Assembly (NCBI GenBank): GCA_021733985.1
Contig: JAIPJT010000010.1
Location: forward strand, 3,115-67,114
Origin: Victivallales bacterium
GTDB lineage: Bacteria; Verrucomicrobiota; Lentisphaeria; Victivallales; GWF2-38-69
Direction of reading: 5' to 3'
DNA length: 64,000 bases
Shown: piece after piece, positions 48,608-57,304 of the stretch
Layout of the letters: each line of letters opens with the position of its first letter
Numbering within the stretch: the first letter of the stretch is position 1
The notes under the pieces: model-generated
Told to the model about the DNA's origin: nothing
The model's database searches: none
The model's input: only the letters and a program-made list of their open reading frames with translations
Program-made: the position numbers and the translations under genes

Positions 48608-49108
48608 TTTGTTTATTTGTTGAGCATTTAAGGCTCAACACACTATTTAAGATTACTATTTTCCTCAGAAAAATGCTTGTTCCCTCATTTTTCTATGTTT
48701 TTTGTGCTATAAAATCAAGAGAATTCTCAATACCGTAAGCTCTAATTTAAAAACAAGGAGACACTCTCCTGAAAACAAATATTTTAAAACTGGTAAAAAT
48801 GGTTTGTTACAAATCAATGCCATTGAATTAAGGTAAAATTATTGATTTTACTGTATCCACGAATGTGGACTACCTTTCTTCAAGAAACTGCTTAATAACC
48901 ATTCCACCAAATTTTCAAAGAACACGAAAAAAGAATTTCTTTCTTTTTTCAACAACTGTTTTTCATCATCCTGCTTAAGCAGGAAATAAAGATAAATATT
49001 ATATAAAATGCGAACTTGAGAGCGGCTTTATGCTGATTTTTCTCTTGAATTCCTGCCGCAATATGATTCAAACGATTAAACGAATCAGCAATTCAACAAA
49101 TAAACAAA
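48608..49108. repeat. ORF-free 501-bp segment bounded by a perfect 16-bp inverted repeat
   Basis: tttgtttatttgttga at 48608-48623 and its exact reverse complement at 49093-49108. The interior contains a family F copy and several hairpins. Confidence 0.7.
48813..48853 (+). repeat. Repeat family F: copy of the left end of the 28342 MITE
   Basis: atcaatgccattgaattaaggtaaaattattgattttactg, 37/41 identical to 28340-28380. Confidence 0.8.
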
Positions 49109-49183
49109 AGCTTTTTATCATCAAAATGTTCTATTCATCACTTTTCATTTTATTTTTGACACTACCCGTTTTAGGGTTTGTTT

Positions 49184-50395
49184 CTAATGAATAGAAGTAC
49201 TTATATCAAAAATAGGAAGCATCATTGCCATTACAATAAAACCGACAACAACCCCCATTATGACAATTATCATTGGCTCCATTAAAGAAGTAATTGTTTT
49301 AATTTTCAAACTGGATTCATCTGCATAATACTGTCCAATATTTTCCAGCATTTCATCCAGATTCCCGGAGTCTTCTCCGGTTTGTGCCATTTCAATACAG
49401 AGGCTCGTAAAAAATTCAGTTCTTTTTTCAAATACAGCAGATAGAGACTGCCCTTCATGAACTTCTCTTAATGCACTTCTAAGCAGTTGTGTTATGTAAG
49501 AGTTGCCTGTAACTTCAACAGTTGCGTCCATTGCATTTGTTAATGATATTCCGCTTTTTAACAGTGAACCTAAAGACAGTGTAAATCTGGAAATTGCAAT
49601 TTCATGCATAAGCTTACCTAAAAGAGGAATTTTCAGTTTTGTTTTGTCATAATTAAGACGTCCCTTGTCTTTTTTAATATATTGAAGAAATATTACGACT
49701 GCTGACACGAGTAAAATCAGCAGCAGCCACCACCAATTCTGCATAAAATCACTTATTATTATCAAAATCTGAGTCGGCAGCGGCAACGTCATCCCCATAT
49801 CTCCAAAAGCACCGGTAAATTTGGGCACAACAAAAGTAATAAGAATAATTATAGAGATTACCATAACCGCAAACATTATGAGAGGATAGGTAAGAGCGCT
49901 TTTTAAGGTTGAAATAACTTCCTGGTCTCTTTTCTGGATCTCTGAGATCCTTAAAAGTGAATCTTCTAAAACACCTCCTACTTCACCGATCTTAACCAGA
50001 TTGACATATAATTTTGAAAAATATTTTGGATAATTTTCAAAAGCTCCCGACAGAGAGGAACCTGATTTGATCTGCTCCGAAATATTATGCACCAGTTCAG
50101 CCATTTCCTCTTTTTCACTTTGTTTTTTTATGGATTCAAGTGATTTTGCCAAAGGCATCTTTGCTTTTGTAAGGGCTGAAAGCCTGGTCGTAAAGTTATT
50201 AATATCTGTTTTTGTTATTTTTTTTGAAGCAAATATACTCTTTTTCTTCTTTTTGGGAGCAGATTGAATTTTTATGGTTATTGGAGACAAGTTTTTCGTT
50301 CTCAGCATGTTAATAACTTCTGTTTCACTTGAAGCAGACATTACACCTTCTGTAATCTGATTTGAACTGTCTATTGCTTTATAAGAAAATTCCAT
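49184..50395 (-). CDS. gspF: Type II secretion system platform protein GspF
   Basis: 403 aa, two T2SSF-type repeats, three TM segments. Confidence 0.88.
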   Translation of the reverse strand: MEFSYKAIDSSNQITEGVMSASSETEVINMLRTKNLSPITIKIQSAPKKKKKSIFASKKITKTDINNFTTRLSALTKAKMPLAKSLESIKKQSEKEEMAELVHNISEQIKSGSSLSGAFENYPKYFSKLYVNLVKIGEVGGVLEDSLLRISEIQKRDQEVISTLKSALTYPLIMFAVMVISIIILITFVVPKFTGAFGDMGMTLPLPTQILIIISDFMQNWWWLLLILLVSAVVIFLQYIKKDKGRLNYDKTKLKIPLLGKLMHEIAISRFTLSLGSLLKSGISLTNAMDATVEVTGNSYITQLLRSALREVHEGQSLSAVFEKRTEFFTSLCIEMAQTGEDSGNLDEMLENIGQYYADESSLKIKTITSLMEPMIIVIMGVVVGFIVMAMMLPIFDISTSIH

Positions 50396-50404
50396 AATTA
50401 TATA

Positions 50405-52087
50405 TTAGTCAAGCTGCGTTACTCGCAGAACTTCTTCTGCGGTTGTTATTTTTCCTAAAATTTTACTGATACCGTCTTCACGCATTGTTTCCATCCCGGC
50501 ACAAAGAGCTTCCTTCTTTAATACTTCTGTAGAAACTTTTTCATTTGTCAGTTTTCTGAGCTTATTGTTCATTTCAATAAATTCTATTATACTGACTCTC
50601 CCTTTATAACCTGTGTCATTGCATGCTTCGCATCCCTTCCCGTAAAGCAGTTTAACCGGAATTTCTTTTTTTGCAGATTTGAAAAGAGTTTCTGCCGCAG
50701 CAGTAGGTGGTCGTTCATAAGCACATTTGGGGCATACGCGCCTTACAAGCCTCTGGGCCATTAACGCATTAACTGAAGAGGAGATCAAGAAAGGTTCAAT
50801 ACCCATATCCAAAAGTCTTGTTATTGCACTGATAGCATCATTTGTATGGAGTGTAGAAAATACCAGATGGCCGGTTAATGCTGTTTTTATGGCTATTTCA
50901 GCCGTCTCGAGGTCTCTTATCTCACCGAGCATTACAACATCCGGGTCAAGACGCAGTATACTTCTGAGCCCTGCTGCAAAAGTCAGTCCGACTTTAGCAT
51001 TTACATGAATCTGTGTAACTCCTGGAATTTCGTATTCGACAGGATCCTCTATTGTTATTATTTTCTTATCTACATCGTTTATAGATGAGATAGCAGCATT
51101 TAAAGTTGTAGTTTTACCGCTCCCTGTAGGTCCTGTTACCAATATAATCCCATATGGAAGTACTATTTGCCTTTTGAATGCTTTTAAGTTTTTTTCCCTG
51201 AAGCCAAGCATGTCCAGGTTTACAAGGCTTCCTGTTTTATCAAGTATTCTAAGTACAACTCCCTCTCCGTGAAGTACAGGGATGGTCGCTACACGAAGAT
51301 CATAGGACTTATCCATTAAATTTATGGAAATGCGACCATCCTGCGGGAGCCTTCTTTCAGCAATATTTATATCTGCCATTATTTTTATTCTTGAAATAAG
51401 AGCTGGATAAAGATTTTTAGGATAACGGCTTGATTCTTTAAGCACTCCGTCGATTCTGTATCTGACAATTGCCTCTTCTTCATAAGGCTCAATATGAATA
51501 TCGCTTGCCCCAATGGAAATAGCCTGCATTATTATAAGGTTTACTCGTTTTATTACCGGAGCTTCATTAGCAATATCTTCTATGGATTTATCGCTGAGTT
51601 CTTCTAAAGAAAATTCATCGTTTTCTTTTTCAATAATGCCCTGCGCTTCCGGACTGCTTGCAATAATACTTTTTTTAATGGCATCTATCCTGAATCCAGC
51701 TATGATCCTTAAAGAAATATTCCAGCCGGTTACAAGCTGAAGTTTATCGATCAATTCTATTTTTAATGGATTAGAAATACCGACAACAATTTTATCATCC
51801 TTCCTGAACAACGGAATTACTTCTTTTGCTTCCTGCAATTCTTTGTTAAGAGATAAGTATAAATCGGGTTCAATCTCTTTATCATCCGGTTCTGAATCTA
51901 TCCAACCGAGGCCGAGATCGTCTGCAATAAGCGGCATTAACACCTGTTCGGATATATATTTACCGTTTAAAATAGTTTCCAGTAGATTATTATTGGAATT
52001 AACAGATAATGCCTCTATTTCATTTAATCTCTTGTTATCTATCAGTTTGTTTTCTAATATTATTCGTTTTATCGTTTTTCTGTCCAT
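50405..52087 (-). CDS. gspE: Type II secretion system ATPase GspE
   Basis: N-terminal MshEN-like domain, Walker A GPTGSGKTTTL, GEIRD, tetracysteine CPKC...CEAC. Confidence 0.92.
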   Translation of the reverse strand: MDRKTIKRIILENKLIDNKRLNEIEALSVNSNNNLLETILNGKYISEQVLMPLIADDLGLGWIDSEPDDKEIEPDLYLSLNKELQEAKEVIPLFRKDDKIVVGISNPLKIELIDKLQLVTGWNISLRIIAGFRIDAIKKSIIASSPEAQGIIEKENDEFSLEELSDKSIEDIANEAPVIKRVNLIIMQAISIGASDIHIEPYEEEAIVRYRIDGVLKESSRYPKNLYPALISRIKIMADINIAERRLPQDGRISINLMDKSYDLRVATIPVLHGEGVVLRILDKTGSLVNLDMLGFREKNLKAFKRQIVLPYGIILVTGPTGSGKTTTLNAAISSINDVDKKIITIEDPVEYEIPGVTQIHVNAKVGLTFAAGLRSILRLDPDVVMLGEIRDLETAEIAIKTALTGHLVFSTLHTNDAISAITRLLDMGIEPFLISSSVNALMAQRLVRRVCPKCAYERPPTAAAETLFKSAKKEIPVKLLYGKGCEACNDTGYKGRVSIIEFIEMNNKLRKLTNEKVSTEVLKKEALCAGMETMREDGISKILGKITTAEEVLRVTQLD

Positions 52088-52419
52088 ATTCCGGGATATA
52101 AATAGTTATACTTGAAATTTAAATACTGCTTTTTGTGGTAGAAAATTAAATACTTTGTATAGAATATAGTATTACTTAATATATATTATATACTAAATTC
52201 AATATAAAACTGCACCGTTTTTATTTTTTTCATTATAAACCCGTGTTTTGCATTAGTCCGGCGAAATTAGGAGCGTAAGCATTCAAGGTGAATATACAGT
52301 TCGACAGCTCTAAAATAGGAAGGCACAAAAGATAAAAAAAAATTAAAAATTGTTTTTTTAATTTATAATATGCAATATAATAAATAAAAAATAACTGAAA
52401 TATTAACGGAGTTGCTAAC

Positions 52420-52842
52420 ATGCATATGAGAAAGATTCAGAATTATACTTTTATTGAAATTATGGTTGTTGTGATAATCATCGCAATACTCGCAGCAGTT
52501 GTTATGCCTAAATTTGCAGGGAGAACAGAAGATGCAAGAATCAGCTCAGCACAATCACAGCTAAGTATTTTCCAAACAGCATTGTCTACTTATAACTTAG
52601 ATACAGGAAAATATCCTACTACACAGCAGGGACTTAAAGCTTTGGTAGAGAAGCCCTCCTCCCCCCCTGTACCTTCTACCTGGAAAGGGCCTTACCTTCA
52701 GTCCAAAAAAATTCCTAAAGACCCATGGAAAAATCCATATATATATAAATGCCCCGGAAAACATAATACTACTTCGTATGATTTATATTCCTATGGGCCT
52801 GATGGACAGCAGGGCGGAGATGATGATATCACTAACTGGTAA
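52420..52842 (+). CDS. gspG: Type II secretion major pseudopilin GspG
   Basis: YTFIEIMVVVIIIAILAAVVMPKF N-terminal helix, KGPYL, DPWKNPYIY, YGPDGQQGGDDDITNW. Confidence 0.9.
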   Translation: MHMRKIQNYTFIEIMVVVIIIAILAAVVMPKFAGRTEDARISSAQSQLSIFQTALSTYNLDTGKYPTTQQGLKALVEKPSSPPVPSTWKGPYLQSKKIPKDPWKNPYIYKCPGKHNTTSYDLYSYGPDGQQGGDDDITNW

Positions 52843-52904
52843 ACAATTTACAATATAAAAACCCTCAAATCATAAATAAAATAACAGATTATAATTTTTC
52901 AGCA

Positions 52905-53621
52905 GTGGCTGCTATTAAAAAGAAAAAATCTTTTACTTTTCTTGAACTTCTTATAGCCGTAATAATTTTTCTAATTGTTACTGTAGTAATTACTGCAGTT
53001 TACAGAGTGGTTATCAACTCTTATAAAAAAGGAACTGAATATTCAGATTTGTCGCAAACGCTTTCAGGCACGTTCCTTGTTATGAAGCACGATCTACTAA
53101 AATTAGTTAGAATAAATGACAAAGATTCTGTTCACTTTAAAAAAGACAAGTTTTCCTTTATTGCTGAAGTAAAAAATCAGCATGACAAAACCATCCTGCA
53201 GGAAATTCAGTATAGCATTGAAAATAATAAGCTTTTGAGAAGATTCACTGAATACCCGGACAGTAATTTGAATACCGGGGAACCAGTTCTATTCCTTGAC
53301 AATATAACAGAAACAACATTTAATTATATGTATAAAAAGAAAAAGAGGAAAAAGAAGAAAAACAGCAGTGATTTGTTAAATGATTACAAAAAGAATGACA
53401 ATAAAAAAACTAATATATCAAAAGATGATAAAAGTGACTCTAACATAAAAATTCCGTCATATATAACAATTTCAGGCCGTATTAAAGAAGGAGAACTCGA
53501 GAAGGACTTTAAAACAGCGTTAAATATTCCCCTGTTTGATATACTGAAAATATCAAAATCAACAAAAAGCGATACTGAAAAACAGACACCAGCGAGAACA
53601 ACAGTAACAAGTAATGTTTAA
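52905..53621 (+). CDS. Minor pseudopilin (GspJ-like) with Lys-rich low-complexity insert
   Basis: GTG start. KKKSFTFLELLIAVIIFLIV prepilin-type N-terminus. KKKKRKKKKN insert. Confidence 0.6.
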   Translation: MAAIKKKKSFTFLELLIAVIIFLIVTVVITAVYRVVINSYKKGTEYSDLSQTLSGTFLVMKHDLLKLVRINDKDSVHFKKDKFSFIAEVKNQHDKTILQEIQYSIENNKLLRRFTEYPDSNLNTGEPVLFLDNITETTFNYMYKKKKRKKKKNSSDLLNDYKKNDNKKTNISKDDKSDSNIKIPSYITISGRIKEGELEKDFKTALNIPLFDILKISKSTKSDTEKQTPARTTVTSNV

Positions 53622-54588
53622 GCACAGTAAAAATATGAATAATAATGGATTTGCTCTTGTTTTAACACTTTGGATTCTTGCCATTATAACCACATTGCTT
53701 ATAACTTTCACATTATCCGTTAATCTGTCAATAAAAAATGCACAATATTTAAAAGAGGAAATTGTTGATAATGCCCTACTTACTGCTGCTGTAAACCGGC
53801 TTAAACCTGAGATTGTTTACCCAGGAGACAGGAATAAAAAATCCCGGAAAAAAGATTCAGCTGAAAATAATAATAGTCCTGATGATAATCAACAGAATAA
53901 TAAAAATGGCAAAAATAAACCCTCTTCGCAAAATAATAAAAATAGAGCAGAGTGGTATTACAGAGTATTAGGAAAATGGTATGTTTATATCGATGATTGG
54001 AGTGTATCACGAGATAAAAAATTAAATATAGATTCGGATAAATATATATTGTGTATCGTGACTGCTGAAGACGCAAAGTTTGACCTGAGAAAGTTTGGAG
54101 ATTTAAAAAAAATCCCCAATTACTCAGATGAAATTCTTCAAAATATAAAAACAAAAATTAAAGAAGAAAAAAATTTCAGGTTTACATGTGTTCCACAGCT
54201 TTTGACAGTTAACGGTGTTTATGGAGAACAATATGATGGTGACAGTATGAGGTTAAAGGGACTAAAAAATATTTTAACAACTTTTAGTGATGGAAAAATA
54301 TATGCAAATACAGCCTGTTCACAGGCCCTTGCTTTAGTGCCTGAGCTGGATATTAGCACTGCTGAAACAATTGCTCGGAACAACGAGTGTATATACGATT
54401 TTAAAGGCCTGAAAGAACTCATTGGAATGGGCATTAAAAACAATAAAAACAAGCTAAAAAAATGGTTGAAGTTTATACCAAAATATTTTAAAATCAAAGC
54501 TTACAGTAACGACCAGGAGATTGTTCAATACAAAGAAGCAGTAGTGGGAATAGAAGACGGGAGTTTAAAATTATTAGCTTTGAAATGA
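53614..54588 (+). CDS. gspK: Minor pseudopilin GspK-like
   Basis: NGFALVLTLWILAIITTLLITF (no Glu+5, as in GspK). Asn/Lys-rich insert. 8-nt overlap with the upstream gene. Confidence 0.6.
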   Translation: MFKHSKNMNNNGFALVLTLWILAIITTLLITFTLSVNLSIKNAQYLKEEIVDNALLTAAVNRLKPEIVYPGDRNKKSRKKDSAENNNSPDDNQQNNKNGKNKPSSQNNKNRAEWYYRVLGKWYVYIDDWSVSRDKKLNIDSDKYILCIVTAEDAKFDLRKFGDLKKIPNYSDEILQNIKTKIKEEKNFRFTCVPQLLTVNGVYGEQYDGDSMRLKGLKNILTTFSDGKIYANTACSQALALVPELDISTAETIARNNECIYDFKGLKELIGMGIKNNKNKLKKWLKFIPKYFKIKAYSNDQEIVQYKEAVVGIEDGSLKLLALK

Positions 54589-54595
54589 GGTAGAT

Positions 54596-55966
54596 TTGAA
54601 AACAGGGTTACTATACAACAGCAATGATACAAAAATCGGTGTGAAAGTATCGGAAAAAGGGAAAAAACTTAATATAGAAAGTTATTTTTCTGATTCAAAA
54701 GAACTTCTTAATGTAAAGAAACCGGTTATTGGCTTACCCTTTGAATTTTTTATTACAAAAAGTGTTAAAATCCCTAAAGTATCCAGAGAGGAGTTAAAAA
54801 AAACTGAGGAACTCCAGGTAAAGTTTCTGCTCGGCGAAAATGCTTATAATACACATATGATAAATACAGAAATCTTAGAGCACGGCAATAGTTATATATT
54901 GTTTATAGTCGCGGCAGAAGTACCTGAAGAATTCCAGAAAGTTAAAAACGCAGTGATAGTACCGGGAATTTTAGGCATTTTTGCTTTTGCAAATAAAGAA
55001 AAAATGTTTGACAGTACAGAAACTGTCATGCTCATATATATAACTAAAGATTATACTCGTCTTATAGTTGTTAACGAAGGCAGTATTGCTTTTATGAGAA
55101 GCTTTCCCGCAGGCAGCGATATTAATTCTGAGATAAAGCTTTCTGAACAACTGGTTTATCGAAAGCCCGAACGCAGTTTTTTTAAGATTAAAAAATTAAT
55201 CGTTTTTTATACCGATGAAAAAATTAAAAAAGTAATTAACAGAAAAAAAACGGAAGAAATTATATGGCATAACGTCTCTGATTTTATAAAAAACGGTCAG
55301 AACTGTTTTCTTTCTTATGGATTGTCATTATATGATTATTCCGAAAAAAAAATCAGTGAGTGGAACGTAGGAGAAAAGCCCCCTTCTATAACCGATTCAT
55401 TAAGAAGAGCAATGTTTTGGCTTGTTCCTGTTTTTATCATTTTCCTACCTTTATATTATTACGGTGATTATTATCAAGATATTAAAAAGATTCAGACTAT
55501 AGAAGGTGAAGTAAAGCTCTTATCAAAAAAAACCATGGAGCTGGATTCGCTCATCCAGAAAATCTCAAAAGCAGAAAATCTCATAAGTAAATATGCCGAA
55601 CCGTTGCTTAGGTATGCAAAACTATATAATGCCGTTTACCTTATCAATAAATATCGACCCGACAACCTCCGGCTCACAAATCTTACTGGAAAGTCAGATG
55701 AAGAATTTACTTTGACCGGTTATGCTGATAATTTCAGCCAGATATCGGACCTGATTAAAAAACTTAACACTTCAAAATTTTTTGATACATTAAACCTTAA
55801 TTACAGCAATACCTCGTCTAAAAATAAAGTGAATTTTCAGATGACAATGCAGCTGGCGCCTGGGTTTGATTTTTTATTTACAGAAAATAAAAATGATAGT
55901 CCTGAAAAACCAAATAAAAGAATAACACCTGAAAAACCGGTATCGGTTGTTCGAAACCAAAATTGA
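54596..55966 (+). CDS. GspL / PilM-PilN-like bitopic assembly protein
   Basis: TTG start. Cytoplasmic actin-like half. TM AMFWLVPVFIIFLPLYYYG. Periplasmic coiled-coil plus ferredoxin-like half. Confidence 0.5.
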   Translation: MKTGLLYNSNDTKIGVKVSEKGKKLNIESYFSDSKELLNVKKPVIGLPFEFFITKSVKIPKVSREELKKTEELQVKFLLGENAYNTHMINTEILEHGNSYILFIVAAEVPEEFQKVKNAVIVPGILGIFAFANKEKMFDSTETVMLIYITKDYTRLIVVNEGSIAFMRSFPAGSDINSEIKLSEQLVYRKPERSFFKIKKLIVFYTDEKIKKVINRKKTEEIIWHNVSDFIKNGQNCFLSYGLSLYDYSEKKISEWNVGEKPPSITDSLRRAMFWLVPVFIIFLPLYYYGDYYQDIKKIQTIEGEVKLLSKKTMELDSLIQKISKAENLISKYAEPLLRYAKLYNAVYLINKYRPDNLRLTNLTGKSDEEFTLTGYADNFSQISDLIKKLNTSKFFDTLNLNYSNTSSKNKVNFQMTMQLAPGFDFLFTENKNDSPEKPNKRITPEKPVSVVRNQN

Positions 55967-55988
55967 GGAATAACGGAACTACTGTTTT

Positions 55989-57227
55989 ATGAATATTTCG
56001 AAAAAAGATCAAAAAATGCTGATTATCTTAGCCGTTTTTCTTTTGGCGATGGGATATTTTGAATTTATTTTTTTTCCGCTGTTCAATTTATCTCAAAAGT
56101 ATAATAATAAACTTATAAAAAAAAGAAAACAGCTTATTGTACTGAAAACAAAATTGGCAGGATTAGATGAATACAGGAGAAATTATAGAAAACTGCTTAA
56201 GATAATCAAGGTTGCTGATAAAAACTCTCTGATGCCTTATGAAGATGCTCCACTGAATAATAAAATAAAAGAAATAATGAAAGCCGCTTCAGAAAACTCA
56301 GTTAAAATAAAAAGTATTAAACCGATGAATTACATTAAGGAAGGCGAGGATGGTAAGCCCGAAGTTGTACGTGATAAATATTTCACTATTGAAGGTGAAA
56401 CAACTGTTTATCGTTTTCTCAATTTTGCAAGAAAACTCTGGGGAACAGAACTTGAAAGAGTAAACATTTCCACTATTGATAAAACAGGTAACAGACTGCG
56501 TTATTTTATAAAAATAGAATTTCTGGAAAAAATAAATTTAGACCTGAGTGACTTGAAAGATATAGATGCAAAGAAGTACAAAATTTTTGAATTAAAGCAT
56601 AACCCGTTTTCTATTATTAAACCTCCGCCGCCGCCAAGACCAAAAAGTAAGGCCACGCATAAACCCAAAGGGCCACCAAGAATTGTCCACAGAATCACAG
56701 GATATGAATTAATAGGTATTGCTCACTCAGGAAAAAAGGATATTGCAATAATAAAAGACACTAAAAAAAATAAAGTTGTTTATTTAGTTGAAGGTGACCA
56801 TTTTAGGGAATCTATTGTAAGATCGATTAAAGCAAAAAGTGTTATTTTTTATTTCGCGGATAATAAACAGAAAATTGTAGCTAAACTTAAAAAGTCTGAC
56901 CTGAAACTAAGTCCCAATACACAGAACAGGAAAAACGAGAAAAAAGGCAAAAGAAAAGGCCATCTTGGCATAATGGTTGAAACTTTTACACGGGATTTAG
57001 CTAACAGATACCATGTCGAATTTAACCCCGGCCTGTTTGTCATCTCTCCGGGTAAACACAAAGATATATTTAAAAAACATGATATAATCCTGGAAATAAA
57101 TGGACAACCTGTACCGAATTTCGAAGCAGCCTTACGAGTGATGAACCAAATATATTCCGGCGATAAAATAAATATTGTATTAAAAAGAAACGGTAAAAAA
57201 ATGAACCTGACTTATAAGGCGGATTAA
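55989..57227 (+). CDS. GspC-like / GspM-PilO-like protein with Pro-rich linker and C-terminal PDZ domain
   Basis: TM MLIILAVFLLAMGYFEFIFFPLF. KPPPPPRPKSKATHKPKGPP. PDZ-like GIMVETF...ILEINGQPV...GDKINIVLKRNGKKMNL. Confidence 0.55.
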   Translation: MNISKKDQKMLIILAVFLLAMGYFEFIFFPLFNLSQKYNNKLIKKRKQLIVLKTKLAGLDEYRRNYRKLLKIIKVADKNSLMPYEDAPLNNKIKEIMKAASENSVKIKSIKPMNYIKEGEDGKPEVVRDKYFTIEGETTVYRFLNFARKLWGTELERVNISTIDKTGNRLRYFIKIEFLEKINLDLSDLKDIDAKKYKIFELKHNPFSIIKPPPPPRPKSKATHKPKGPPRIVHRITGYELIGIAHSGKKDIAIIKDTKKNKVVYLVEGDHFRESIVRSIKAKSVIFYFADNKQKIVAKLKKSDLKLSPNTQNRKNEKKGKRKGHLGIMVETFTRDLANRYHVEFNPGLFVISPGKHKDIFKKHDIILEINGQPVPNFEAALRVMNQIYSGDKINIVLKRNGKKMNLTYKAD

Positions 57228-57304
57228 TTGAGTAAGTTGTTCTGCACGGTTATATTTAAAACTAAAATCGATTGGAAATATTTTATATTTTTATTGGAGC
57301 TGTA

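Noticed and set aside
52088-52419. 62-aa ORF and apparent periodic AT-rich sequence in the gspE/gspG divergent spacer
   Set aside because: This is low-complexity AT-rich promoter-type sequence. The ORF has no RBS and an implausible Phe/Ile/Tyr/Leu-rich composition. No repeat unit could be defined.
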